From the NCBI RefSeq assembly GCF_963921235.1, contig NC_086097.1:192388001-192452000 (forward strand): 64,000 bases of DNA, read 5' to 3'. The first letter of the stretch is position 1, and each line of letters opens with the position of its first letter. Origin of the DNA: Mobula hypostoma. Its lineage: Eukaryota. The position numbers and the translations under genes were made by a program. This document shows positions 1 through 12,879 of this stretch, piece by piece. The notes beneath the pieces were generated by a model that was not told the DNA's origin, searched no databases, and saw nothing but the letters and a program-made list of their open reading frames with translations.

Positions 1-779
1 ATCAAATTACAGGAGGTAGAGATCCAGGGTAACATGTGTGAATGGGTGCAGAAATAGCTCTGAAACAGAAAACAATGAATTTTGGTGAGAGAATCATTTT
101 CACACCTAGAAGATGTTAAAAGTGGAGTTCCCCAGCGAACAGTTTTTGGGGCCACTGCTGTTTTTAATTTACATTAATGATTTGAATAAGCACATAGCAA
201 ATAAACTAGTAAAGTTTGCAGATGACACAACATTAGGGGGTGGGCTGATAACATTCAGGCAGCAGAGTCAGTACAGTTAGATCTAAACAAAATCTAGATG
301 TGGGCAAATAAATGGCAGGTGAAACTTAATGTAAGTAAATGCAAAATATGACACATAGAAAGTAGAAGTATTAGATATAAATATACAATGAGGTGGGGTG
401 GGGTGAATCTTGAGTTAGAAAGTGCGCTGTGTGAGAAGAGTATGGGTGTCCTGGTTTACTCAACACTATCAACATCTAGAAGTGATTAGGAAGGCTTAGA
501 GAATGTAGGACAAATTAATGCATTCAGTGGAGTTCAAGTCTAGAGATGTTCTCCTTAAGCTGTATAATGCACTTGTGAGGCCACATCAGGAAGCATTTCT
601 TTACTCAGCGAGTTGTGGACACATGGAACAAACTACCTAGTTGTGTAGTTGAGGATAGTACCTTAGAGACTTTCAAATCTAAACTCAATCGTTATTTCAA
701 CACACTATGTGAATAGGAATTTGGCAAGCTTTGATGGGCTGAATAGCCTGTTCTTGTCAAAAACCTTCTAATGTTCTAA
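1..779 (+). mobile_element. CR1-type LINE, 3' part of ORF2 and 3' end (degenerate, runs off window edge)
   Basis: Frameshifted RT motifs SGVPQ..PLLFLIYINDL and KFADDT (121-230), LYNALVRPH, and a short ttctaatgttctaa tail. Confidence 0.85.
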
Positions 780-784
780 AAACT

Positions 785-2345
785 GTATAACTTTGATTAG
801 ACATGACCTGTCACGCACGTATCATGTTGACCATCCCTAATCAATCCCTATCTATCCAAATACTCATATATCCGGTCCCTTAGAATACCTTCCAATACCT
901 TTCCCACTACTGATGTCAGGCTCACAGGCCTATAATTTCATGGTTTATTTTTAGAGCCTTTCTCAAACAGCAGAACAACATTGGCTATCCTCCAATACTC
1001 TAGTACCTCTCCAGTCACTAAAGATGATTTAAATATCTCTGCTGGGGGCCTGGCAATTTCTGCATGCCTCCCACAGGGTCCAAGAGAACACATTGTCAGG
1101 CCCTTGGGATTTATCCATACTAACTTGCCTCAGGACAGCAAATACCTCCTCCACTATAATCTGTATAGAGTCCATAAAGTAGAATCAGAATCAGGTTTGT
1201 TATCACCAGCATGTGTCGTGAAAATTGTTAACTGAGCAGTGCAGTTCAATGCAATATATAATATAGAAGAAAAAAGTAAAATAATAATACTAATAATAAG
1301 TAAGTAAAATGCACTTGTGAGGCTACATCAGGAATACCTTCTTGCCTCACTTCTATAGACTCTGTCTGTCTCCTAAGTAAACAGGGAATAGAAAAAATAC
1401 TTAAGATCTCCCCCATCTCTTTTGACTGCGCACGTGGATTACCATTCTGATCTTCCAGTGGACCAATTTTGTCACTTACAATCATTTTGCTCTTAACATA
1501 TCCGTAGAATCCTTTCGGATTCTCCTTTACCTCAATTGCCTTCTTTTATCCCTTCTGAGTTCCTTAAGTATTCTCTTGTATTTCTTATACTCCATAAGCC
1601 TTTCATTTGTCCATACTTGCTATGCACCTCTTTTTTTTTCTTAACAAGGACCTCAATATCTCTAACAAGCAAGGTTTCCAACACCTGTTATCATTACATT
1701 TGATGTTAACAGGTAGAGACAAGTGTTGTTCTCTCAAAATCTCACTTTTGAAGGCCTCCCACTTTCCAAGAACACCTTTGCCAAAAAACACCGTCCCAAC
1801 CTACACTTTCCATATCCTTTCTGAAACCATTAAAATCTCCAATTTAGAATCTCAACCCAGGAACCATATTATGCTTTTGCAGAATTGCTTTGAAACTAAT
1901 GGCATTGTGATCACTAGATGCAGAATGTTTCCCGACACAAACTTCTGTCACCTGCCCTGTCTCTTTCCCTAATAGGAGATCAAGTATCACACACTCACTT
2001 GTTAGGACTTCTATATACTGACTAAGGAAACTTCCTCAAACACACTTGACAAACTCTTTCCCATCCAGCCCTTTTACAGTATGGGAGTTCCAGTAAATAA
2101 GTGTTGAGTTAAATTACCGACTGTAACAACCTTACGTTTCTTGCAACAGTCTGCAATCTCCCTATAAATTTGTTCTTTGTTGGGTGGTCTGTAAAATAGC
2201 TGCATTAATGTGGTCATACCTCTTTTATTTCTCAGTTCCACCCATAATGCCTCACTCAACAAGTTCTCCAGTCTGTCCTGACTGAACACTCCTGTGATAC
2301 TTTCCCTCACTGGTAATGCCACCTCTCCTCCTTGAATCCCTCCCA
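785..2345 (-). mobile_element. CR1 LINE ORF2 fragment (endonuclease to pre-RT region), degenerate
   Basis: Minus-strand ORFs EALWVELRNKRGMTTLMQLFYRPP, KWEAFKSEILR and DKIGPLEDQNG are typical of CR1 ORF2. Confidence 0.8.
1180..1310 (-). mobile_element. Rex/Babar-like LINE 3' tail fragment inserted in CR1
   Basis: agaatcagaatcaggtttgttatcacc matches the terminus of the element at 4065-4925; reads as a (TCTGAT)n tail on minus. Confidence 0.6.
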
Positions 2346-2459
2346 TAATATCCTGACCTGTAAAGAGCTGACAGAAGTGACTACTTTTGATCTTAATCTC
2401 TCACTACAGTTCTCAAGGAGACATTGGAATGTGCATGATTAGATACTTGGCACTGTCAA

Positions 2460-3480
2460 TTTAAAAAGTGGTTTGGGCAGAGCAGCCATTGCGTGAGTGG
2501 GCAAGTGTTACAGTGAGGATCTGAGGACTTGGCTCATTGAGGATTCAGTGAGGAGAGGCATAGATCATAGGTAGATTTTTTTTCCTAATTGATTCTTTCT
2601 TTCTTTCTTTCTTTCTTTCTTATTGCACACTTAGAGAAGTGGGGATGCCAGAAAGGTTAATGAAATGCTCCTCTTGTGGGATATAGGAAGGCAGGAAGAC
2701 TTCCAGTATCCCTGATAACTACACTTGTAAGAAATGCATCCAGCTGAAGCTTCTAACAGACTATGTTAAGGAATTGGAGCTGAAACTGTATGAACTTTTG
2801 GATACTGATCCATTATTCCTTGAAAGTGGCATCACAGGTAGATAAGGTCGTAAAGAAAGCATATTAGCTCTCATAAATCAATATAGTGAGTACAAGAGTT
2901 GGGATGTTATGTTGTAATAATACAAGACATTGCAGAGTGTCAATTAGGAGTATTGTGTGCATTTTTGGTCACCTACCTACAGGAAGGATGTAAATAAGAT
3001 TGAAAGAGTGCAGAGAAAACTTACTAGGATGTTACCAGGTCTTGAGGACCTGAGTTAAAAGGAAAGGTTGAATAGGTTAGGACATTATTCCTTAGAACGT
3101 CAAAGATGAGGGGAGATTTGATAGAGGTATACAAAATTACGAAGTTATACTCATGAGAGGGCAGGGTTTTTCCACTGAGGTTGGGTAAAACTACAAATAG
3201 AAGTCATGGGTTAATAGTGAAAGGTGAAATGTTTAAGGGAAGCATGAGGGGGATCATCTTCACTCAGAGGGTGGTGAGGGTGTGGAACGAGCTGCCAGTG
3301 AAAGTGGTGCACGCAGTTTCAATTTCAACGTTTAAGAGAAATTTGGATAGGAGTGGTATGGAAGTGTATGGTCCAGGCAGGTTGATGGGACTAGGCAGCT
3401 TAATGGTTCGACATGGACTACCTGGGCCAAAGGGTTTGTTTCTGTGCTGTAGTCTTCTATAACTCTGTGACTCTATGAGT
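2460..3480 (+). mobile_element. CR1 LINE: 5' UTR and ORF1 N-terminus joined to ORF2 3' end
   Basis: From 2645 MPERLMKCSSCGI*...YTCKKCIQLKLLTDYVKELELKL (CxxC..CxxC plus zipper); from ~2805 SLKVASQVDKVVKK...FTQRVVRVWNELP; ends in a ctat(a/g)act-type tail. Confidence 0.8.
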
Positions 3481-4064
3481 CTGCCAGGGTTTGCAACAAG
3501 AGATATTCTCAGATATAGAGATTTAAATGAGCATCCGTTTGTTACCATTGCCCAGCCTTGTAGGCATGTGCATATTATTTCTCACTGCATATTATTTCCT
3601 TAGCTCTCAGTCTAGCAATTGCAATGTTTTGATTTAATCTCATCTTCTTGGCAAAGCCATTCTTTCCCCTCATCAAATCACCGATTTAAGACAACGTGTA
3701 GTCCAGCATTACAACCAATATTAATATTAAAACAATGAAGTCGTACATGCTTAATTATTTTATTTAATTGAATACTTAATAAGCAGCTCCTAAGAGTTTA
3801 AAGACAAAAATGCAGATTCTAAAAACAATAAATTCCAAAAATTAAATATCATTCTGCAAGTGAACCCAAAAACAGAATGCTGCCGATGGCAGCATTGATT
3901 GTTTTGAGATCAGTTTGCATGACGTAGCCTCGCTGACTTGAATGACCTCACTACAACTAGTCTCTTCCACTTTGAGTAGGTACATTAAGATTACCTACAG
4001 AATGGACAAGTACTGCACAAAAAAAGAATTTATGGCTTTTCAGCATGTGACAATATGGAGCAGG

Positions 4065-4925
4065 TTCAGAATCCGAATCAGAGTCAGGTTTAATATCACT
4101 GGCATATGTTGTGAAATTTGCTGTTTATATATTTAAAATGTTAAAATAAATAAGTCGACTCTGGGTTCATGGGTTCAATGTCTATTCACAAATCTGAAAG
4201 CAGAGGGGAAGAAGCTATTCTTGAATTGTTGAGTACATGCTTTCAGGCTCTTGTAACTCTCCCTTTTGGTAGCAATGGGAAGAGAGTATGTCCTGACTGA
4301 TGGGGGTCATTAATGATGGATGCCAGATTTTTGAGGCATGTCCTTGAAGATGCCCTGGATGCTGGGGACGTTAGTGTCCATGATGGAGTAGAATGAGTTT
4401 ACAACTTTCTGCAGCTTATTTCGAACCTGTGCAGTTTCGCTCCCCCAGCCCCATACCAGACGGCGATGCAGCCAGTTGGAAACCTCTTCACAGTACATCT
4501 GTAGATATTTGTGACTGTCTTCAGTAAGATATCAATTTCCTCAAACCCTTAATGAAATATAGCTGTCATTGTGCCTTCTTTGTAACTGCATTGATATGTT
4601 GACCAGCAATAGATCCTCAGAGATGTTATTGCCCAGGAATGCCAAATTGGTCACTCTTTCCGTTTCTGATCTCTCAACGCAGACTGGAGCGTGTTCCCTC
4701 GTCTCAATCTTTCTGAAATCCACAATCAATTCTTTGATATTACTGACCTTGAGTGCAAATTGTTGCTGTTTCACCACTCACATTCTTGACCTATCTCACT
4801 CTTGCATGCCTTTTCATCACCATCTGAAATTCTGCCAACAATAGTTGTGTCATCAGCAAATTTTTAGACAGCATTTGAACTGTGCCTAGTCACACAGTCA
4901 TGGGTGTAGAAAGAGTACAGCAGTA
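4065..4925 (-). mobile_element. Rex/Babar-like LINE, RT C-terminus and 3' end
   Basis: Minus strand LLYSFYTHDC, KFADD, KELIVDFRK; (TCTGAT)-like tail at 4065-4085. Confidence 0.8.
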
Positions 4926-5029
4926 AGTCGTTCTTTGAAATGACAGCTACTGAAAATACTTTGATGCCTACAGCTGACTTAAACACAAGGTCAAGGATGA
5001 AAAGTATTATTTGAATCTATTGCACAAAC

Positions 5030-5132
5030 TTGTCCAGATGAAGGGTCTCGCCCTGAAACATCGACTGTTTGTTCCTCTCCATTGATCTTGCCTGACCTTT
5101 ACGGGTTCCTCCAATATTGTGTGTTTGTTGCT
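5030..5132 (+). mobile_element. Penelope-like element terminal fragment with decayed hammerhead motif
   Basis: gtccagatgaagggtctcgccctgaaacatcgactg is homologous to the ends of the PLE copies at 57143 and 61373. Confidence 0.7.
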
Positions 5133-5944
5133 GAACAATTGTAATAGAGTATTTGGTCGGGTTGGAGACATGGTTTTAAAAAAAATCTACTCATTGGTGC
5201 CTTTTGGTTTTTGTGCTTTTCTAGACAGGCACATACACAATCCCAATGCTACAGTGGCTGTCAATTTGTTGCTTAAAAGATGCCTCTCTTTTTGCCTCTG
5301 ATGTCCTGTCAGCATGCTCATAGTAAGCTGGTACTTTGATGATCCATTTCCAGATTACGGGGTGCCAAATAATACGTGTGCAGTCTGGGGAAACACCAGC
5401 AAGAACACTGCCCTAGAGCCAGAGCTCACTGGCATCCTGATATGGAGATGGAGTCTCTATTTCTGCATTTCCATCTGCATCCCCATGGTAGCAGGCAGAC
5501 GGCAGTTTTCACTCAGCTCCAGAGCCCTGCCAAGGTGAGCGAGTAGCTCCTGAGTCATTGGCAGTGCTGTCAGGGAGCAGATATACCTCTCTGGCTGTGA
5601 AGTAAGCTGCTATCCCTGGGAGTTGTCCTCCTGTTGCCTTAGGGTTAGAAAAGATTTGGAAGTCTGTACCATATCTGAATGGAACAAGTGATCTGCCCCT
5701 CAGCTGCTATGTTTTGTCAGTGTTGTTATTGCCTGGCACTATTGCCAGGCACAGAAGAGCCAATAGGCCATCTGGCTTTGCTTTGGATATTCAGAGAATG
5801 TGGAATGAATTCTTCAATTCATCAATCATCTCACTGAGGTGCTCTGATAAGCTGAACTGCTCCTAGAATCTTAGAAAGCCGACAGAAGAGTTTGTGCCTA
5901 TATACTTCAAGTCAGCAGGAGTTCTCTTCTTAACAACTACAGAT

Positions 5945-6508
5945 CTGTTCCCTGTGGACAATTCCGTCATGAACAGATGTATCTCCCTGGGTACTGTTGA
6001 GGGAGATATTCTTTCAGAGGCTAGCTACCATAGTCAGTAGTCTGACACTGTGACCGGCTTTGAAAGGGTGCAGTCAGATAGGGCAAATGTGATAGGAAAA
6101 TTGATAGTCGGGGGTGGGGGGGTGGTGGAAGAGAGCCGACAGGAAATTCTGTGGCTGTAGAAAAAATGTCAAGATGGTGTGCTGCTTCATGGATGCCAGG
6201 GTCAAGAGTGACAGAAGATTCTAGAACAGAAAAGCAAGTAGCCAGAGGTAGCTGTACATGTTGTTTCAAACAACATGAGCAGGACAAGGATAAAGTCCTG
6301 CAGAATGAGTATAGAATGTTAGTTACGAAGGAGGAATCTCTGGATTACACCCAGTGCCATGTGATAGCAAGGTCAGAAATAGAAAGATAGGCCAGATGAA
6401 TGTGTGGCTGAGGAGCTAGTGTAGGGGGCAGGGATTCAGGTTCTTGGACCTTTGGGATCTTTTCAGAGTGAACTGTACAGGAGGGCTGGGATGCACGTGA
6501 ACCAGAGA
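5945..6508 (+). mobile_element. CR1 ORF1 (esterase-like) remnant
   Basis: Degenerate match to the ORF1 region at 45700-46090 (VLQNEYR; aatgtgtggctgaggagc..ggggcagggattcaggttcttgg). Confidence 0.6.
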
Positions 6509-6639
6509 GTCATACAGTCATAGAAAAGTACAAAACAAAAACAAGCCCTTTGACACACCTAGTCCATGCCGAACCGTTTCAACTGCTTAATACCATCAAC
6601 CTGCACCGGGAACAGTAAATCTGCAGGGAAATTTTCAAA

Positions 6640-9600
6640 TACATAAGAACATAAAAAATAGGAGCAGGAGTAGGCCATCTGACCTATCGAGCCTGTTCCG
6701 CCATTCAATAAGATCATGGCTGATCTGGCCCTGGACTCATCTCCATCTACTGCCCTTTTCCCCATAACCTTTAATTTCCCTACTATGCAAAAATCTATCC
6801 AGCCTTGTCTTATACATATTTACAGAGGTAGCCTCCACTGTTTCTTTTGGCAGAGAATTCCACAGATTCCCCACTTTCTAGGAAAAGCAGTTCCTCCTCA
6901 TCTCCATCCTAAATCTACTCCCCTGAATCTTAAGGTTATGTCCCCTAGTTCTAGTCTCACCTACCAGTGAAGGCAACTTTCCTGCCTCTATCTTATCTAT
7001 CCATTTCATAATTTTATGTTTCGATAAGGTCTCTCATTCTTCGAATTCTAGTGAGTACAGTCCCAGGTGACTCAATCTCTCCTCACAGTCTAAACACCAA
7101 CCCCACACCCATCTCTGGAATCAACCTGGTGAACCTCCTCTGCACCGCTTCCCAAGCCAGTATATCCTTCTTCCTCAAGTAAGGAGACCAGAACTGCACG
7201 CAGTACTCCAGGTGTGGCTTCACTGGTACCCTGTACAGTTGTAGCATAACCTCCCTGCTCTTAATTTCAATCCCTCTAGCAATAAAGGCCAACATTCCAT
7301 TTGCCTTCTTGATAGCCTGCTGCACCTGCAAAACAACCTTTTGCTATTCATGCACAAGCACTCCTGAGTTCCTCTGCACAGCAGCATGCTGCAATTTTTT
7401 ACCATTTAAGTAATAATCTGCTCTTTCATTTTTCCTTCCTAAGTGGATGACATCGCATTTTCCAACATTGTACTCCATCTGCCAGACCCTTGCCCACTCA
7501 TTTAATGTCACCCAGTTCGGAGGTGGCCCAATTGTGGAGTGAGAGACACTGAAGAGGGTCGCTAGTTCACGGTCTTTAATGCAAATAGTGTTAAAGGGAA
7601 AAGAAAACAATAAATGCTAGGCCAAACAGGGCTGTTAACTAAAACTCTTAAATGGAAAATGAAGCCTACACTAACATAAAACGGATACCGCCAATCTTCA
7701 GAGTCAGATGATTAGACAGTCCAATTTCTCAGGCAAGGCCGAATGCAAACAGGCAGAAAAGCGTTGCTGTACTGGGTTCAAGTGTCCACAAATACTACAA
7801 TGGAATGAATGGAGTTGAATACTATCACAACGAAATAACAATTAGCTAACGCGTGCATATTCACGAGCACAATTGCCGTATCTGCTGTGCTGCAGAATCT
7901 GTGGTTGTGACACTTAACCTATCTATATCCCTCTGCAGACTCTCCGTATCTTCTACAAAATTTGATTTTTCACTGAATTTAGTATCATCAGCAAACTTAT
8001 ATACACTACACTTGGGCCCCTCTTGCAGAGTGTTAATGAGTATCGCGAACAGTTGCGGGCCCAGCACCAATCCCTGCGGCACATCAACTAGCACTGATTG
8101 CCAACCAGAGTAACACCCATATATCCCAACTCTCTGCTTTCTATTAGTTAACCAATCCTCTATCCTTGCTAATACATCACCCACAACTCTACACATCCTT
8201 ATCTTATGGATAAGTCTTTCATGCGGCACCTTATCGAACGCCTTTTGGAAATTCAAGTAAATAATGTCCATATGTTCCCCTCTATCCAGGGCACTCATTA
8301 TATCCTGAAAGTACTCCAGTAAGTTTGTCAAACAGGATCTGCCTTTGCTGAATCCATGCTGTGTCTGCCTGATGGATCAATTTCTTTCGAGATGCTTCGC
8401 TATTTCTTCTTTAATGATAGCTTCAAGCATTTTCCCAACTACAGCTGTTAAACCAACTGGCCTATAGTTACCTGCTTTTTGCCTGCATCCTTTTTTGAAC
8501 AGTGGCGTGATATTTGCCTTCTTCCAGAGAAGTCCATAGAATTTTGGTAAATTATCACCAAAGCTATAACTTCTGTAACTTCTATAATCAAATCCTCCCT
8601 CATCCCATTGTAGTATCCATTGTTTAGGCATAATACACTGTTTTAGATCGAACTATTGCACCCTCCATTTGTATGAGAAACTTAATCATACTTTGATCAC
8701 TCTTCTGAAGAGGATCCCTGTCTACAGGATCACTAATTTTACCTGTCTCAATGCACAGGACCTGAACTAAGATAACACGTTCCTTGTAGGTTCAGTAATG
8801 TGTCATTCAAGAAAGCCATCATGGATGCATTCTATGAAGTCTTCCTCAAGACTGTCTCGACTAACTGAATTCACCCAATCTATATGCAAGTTAAAGACCC
8901 CCACAATAACTGCTGTTCCATTCTTATATGCCTCAGATATTTCTCTGTTTATTGCCTGTGCCACTGTAATGTTATTATTCGATGACAACTTCGATGACTT
9001 TTTCCCTTTACTATTCCTATCTCTACCTAGATGGATTCAACATTCTGCTCTTTAGATCTTATATTGTCTTCACTGATCTCATCACACCCTACCTCCCTTA
9101 CTTTCCTGCCTATCCTTCCATATTGCCTGATATCTTGGATATTTAATTCCCAATCCTCTCCATCCTGCAACCACATTCTGTAATGGCCACTAAATCATAC
9201 CCCTTTGTACTGATTTGTGCCACAAGTTCACTGACCTTGTTTCAAATACTACAGGCATTCAAATAAAGTGCCCTTACACTCATTGGGCTTTAAAAATCTT
9301 GTAATCTTTTACTCTTTTGCACTTGACTTTACTTCACTCCACACTTACTTTTCTCTTTTATATCTTTTCCTTTTTATTTACCTTTATCCACACTTTTCTT
9401 TTTTACTTTACTTCTCCAAACTGTTGAATCCCCACCCCACTATTTAGTTTAAAGCCCTGTCCACAACCCCAGTTATGAGATTCACTAGGATCCAGGTCCC
9501 ATCACAGCTCAGGTGGAGCCTGTCCCATTAGAACAGCTCCCTCCTTCCCCATACTGGTGCCAATTTCCCATGAGTTCAAACCCACTTCTCCCACACCAAT

Positions 9601-10070
9601 CCTTAAGCCAGGCATTTAACTCTCTAATCTTCTTGACCCTATGCCAATTTGCACATGGCTCAGGTAGTAATCCAGAGGTTACTGCCTTTTTGGTTCTGCT
9701 TTTTAATTTAAACCCTACCTGCTCAAATTCTCTCAACAGAACCTTTTTCTTTATTCTACCTATGTTGTTGATATTCACATGGACCACGACAACTGGATCT
9801 TTCCCCTTCCATTGCAAATTTCTCTGCAGGTCAAATAAGATGTCCTGAACCCGGGCACCAGGCAGATAACACTGCCTTCAGGACACTCTATCCTTGTGAC
9901 AGAGAACTCTGTCTATTTTCCTGACTATACGATCCCCAATTACCTCTACGTCTCTCCTCCCTCCCTGCTCTTGAACAGCTTGCTGAACTATGGTGCCACA
10001 GTTAGGTTGCTCATCTTTCCTTCATCCCCCATTCTCATCCACATAGAAAGCAAGAATCTCAGACCTATAC
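6640..10070 (-). mobile_element. CR1 LINE, long internally deleted copy (ORF1 esterase, endonuclease, RT, 3' tail)
   Basis: ORF1 VVVVHVNINNIG..SGLLPEP..NAWLKDWC (9509-9817), DFIECIHDGFL, NYRPVGLT, FQKAFDKVPH, VPQGLVLGP, KFADD, KPHLEYCVQFW; (ttatgttc) tail near 6640-6655. Confidence 0.9.
7506..7912 (-). mobile_element. Solo LTR (407 bp) inserted in CR1
   Basis: Termini TGTCAC...GTGACA; flanks tttaa/cttaa (5-bp TSD, 1 mismatch); CR1 rejoins as cccactca|cttaacctatc. Strand inferred from minus-strand ATTAAA near 7575. Confidence 0.8.
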
Positions 10071-10079
10071 ATAAGCTAT

Positions 10080-11410
10080 ACGTGAGGATGTAAACCAGAT
10101 TGCGACTTCAAGTCGAAAGAAGACATGGGATAAATCAATGGCCAGCAAGAGCAAATTTACTAACCAGAATAGTTAGGAGCACAGTGAAGGCATGGAAAGG
10201 AATACCCAGTTAAACTGCATTTATTTCAGTTCATGAGGTTCAACGGTAAAGTGGATAAACTCAGAGCATGGATTCGTTCTGAGAACTGAAAGATTATCGT
10301 CATAGCTTAAAAATGGCTGAGGGAAGGGCAGTACTGGCAGCTCAACATTCTACAATACTGATGCTGCAGGCAAGACAGAGGTTCAGTGAGGAGGAAGTGT
10401 TGCAGTTTTGATAAAGGAGGACATAACAGCAATACATAGAAATGACGTTATTGGGGGAATCAACTTATGTGACAGTAAGGGTACAAGGTGGGTAGGGCCA
10501 GAAGGAGTTTGTATTTTTGGGATCAGCAGGAATTTTAGGAACAGGATAATTGCACCTACTTGCAGAATAGTAGTAGTGCATTAGTATGAGATCTTTTAAT
10601 TTTCATTGTATTGACTGGTCTACCTGGAGCGTTCAGGGCTAGGATGTGGTGGAATTTGTGAAATGTGTCCAGGAAAGTTTCCTAAGTCACTACATATAGG
10701 GCCCTACTCAGGAAGGTGCTATACCTGACCTTCTGTAATGGAATGAGACAAGACAGGTAACTGAAGTGGCAGTCAGGTAGCCGTTTGGCTCTAGTAAACA
10801 TAATTCTATTAGTTTTAAGAAAGTGATGAAACAAAATAGGCCAGATCCACAGTTTATGGTCTGAAACTGGAGCAGGACTTGTTTTGAGGGATTTAGGAAA
10901 GATCTAGCAGAGGTTGAGTTAATCTGTTTGAAAAGAAGAAAACAAATAGTAAGTGGAAGGATTTTAAGTGTGTATTATTAAGGTTCAGGAGTAGCATGCT
11001 CCTGCTAGGGTGAAAGGGAAAGCTGGCAAATTTAGAGAACCTTGGCTGAAAAGAGATTTTGAGGTTCTGGTCAAGAAAAAGAAAGAGGCACACATTGGGT
11101 TTAGAACGTCTAGGGTGAATGAATCCCTGGAGGATGATAAGACAATTGTGAGTACTCTTAGTTGGAAAGTCAGGAGTGTAAAGAGAGAGTATGAGATGGG
11201 TCTGGCAGGCAAGGTTAGGGAAAACCCCAAGGTTCTTTGGCTTTATTAGGAGTAAAAGAATGGCTAAGGAGAAGGTAGGTCTCCTCAGAGCCTTAGAGAT
11301 AAGCCGGGCCAGCTGTGTCTTCAGCCACAGCACAGGGTAATTAAAATATACTCCTTGAAATTATGTTTGCTCAAGAAATAAGGGAAATGATGAATGATGT
11401 TTTGCAGAAC
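10080..11410 (+). mobile_element. CR1 ORF2 endonuclease region, degenerate (possibly continues 5945-6508)
   Basis: EFVKCVQESFL, KFREPWLKRD, LAGKVRENPK. Confidence 0.75.
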
Positions 11411-12125
11411 ATTCATACAACTAATTTATGACCCTCTGCAGCTTCTTTCAGTCCTGTGCAGTACACCCCCGCCCCATACCAGACAGTGATGCAGCCTGTC
11501 AGAATGCTCTCCACGGTACATCTATAGAAGTTTTTGAGTGTTTTTGTTGACCTACCAAATCTCTTCAAGCTCCTAATGAAGTATATTTGCTGTCTTGCCT
11601 TCTTTATAGCTGCCACAATATGTTAGGACCAGGTTAGAACCTCAGAGATCTTGACACCCAGGAACTTGAAACTGCTCACTCTCTCCACTACTGATCCTTC
11701 TATGAGGATTAGTATGTGTTCCTTCATCTTACCCTTCTGGATGTCTACAATCAGCTCTCTGGTCTTACTGATGTTGAGTGCAAGGTTATTGCTGTGACAC
11801 CACTCCACTAGTCGGTATATCTCGCTCCTGTACTCCCTCTCATTTTCATCTGAGATTCTATCAACAATGGTTCTATCATCAGCAAACTTATAGATGATAC
11901 TTGAGCTATGCCTAGCCAGACAGTCATGAGTATAGAGAGAGTACAGTAGTGGGCTAAGCACACACCCCTGAGGTGCACCAGTGATTGTCAGTGAGGAGGA
12001 GATGTTATCATCAATCCATACAGATTGTGGTTCTTACAGCCTCACCAGGTACTCTGTCAGGGCCTTTCACCTTGAGAGGGTTCACCCTCTTCAAAGACAC
12101 CCTAACATTGGCCTCCGAGACTCTT
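11410..12125 (-). mobile_element. Rex/Babar-like LINE RT fragment
   Basis: LSPLLYSLYTHDC, YKFADD, LALNISKTRELIVD, KKARQQIYFIRSLKRFG, FYRCTVESILTGCITVWYG. Confidence 0.85.
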
Positions 12126-12139
12126 GTTATTTGTTATTT

Positions 12140-12370
12140 ATATAGAACATAGGGCCTGTTTCTGTTCATGCTCTTCGGCCCTCAATATTGTGCAAACAAA
12201 TTAAATTAGTAATCAAGTGCCCAAGTAAACTAATCCTTCTGCCTACACAATGCCCATATCCTTCCATTTCCTGTGCATTAATATCCCAATGTAAGAACCC
12301 TCCAAACCAGGCAGCATCTTGGTAAACTTCTTCTGCACCCTCTCCAAAGCCTTTGACATCCTTCTTCCCA
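12140..12370 (-). mobile_element. CR1 3' end fragment
   Basis: ALERVQKKFTKMLPGLE followed by a CR1-type 3' UTR and tgttcta tail. Confidence 0.65.
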
Positions 12371-12379
12371 TCACCCAAA

Positions 12380-12705
12380 CCTGAAGACCTAATGAATGCA
12401 GTGCTCCCAACAACTCTGATGCCAATTTTGGATGAACAACTTTATGTCCTCTTACGTTCACCCAATAAACCATTGCTAACTGTAACCTGAGTAGACATAT
12501 AGGTACTTCACCCATTTCTACCAGTAATGCTGAAATTGAGGATAATAGCACCACAACCTAATCTCAGTGTTTGAGCTTGAACTTTATCTAGGGGCTTTAA
12601 GACCACTGGTAAGGCTGAACCACAATCAAGGCATTCAGAATCAAATACAGAACCAATTAAAGCAATATACATTTGTTTAAGTGACCTCCTACTCACACCC
12701 TGATC
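12380..12705 (-). mobile_element. I-group (Nimb-like) LINE ORF2 fragment, post-RT region
   Basis: YIALIGSVFD..DCGSA..LKPLDKVQAQTLRLGCGA and SALLVEMGEVPICLLRLQLAMVYW resemble the I/Nimb motif YxALIRSxLDYG..GSA..LDxIQxxALR..GA..ALxVExGExPL. Confidence 0.6.
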
Positions 12706-12879
12706 AGTGTACAAGGATTGTAGATGAGAAATGGGTTTAAATAGGCTGCAGGTGATGATTTGTAAATGAGTGGCATGTGACTCCTGTTAGCTGGGTAGAA
12801 ACTGGGAGATGACTCCTGTGTAGGCCTGACACCTTAATGGTGTATCCCCACCACTGTATTCTTCTTTATATCGAAATGC

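Noticed and set aside
11413..11961. ORFs of the kind sometimes auto-annotated as DUF1891 or ALKBH8-like host proteins
   Set aside because: They are the C-terminal part of Rex/Babar-like LINE RT, repeated many times in this window.
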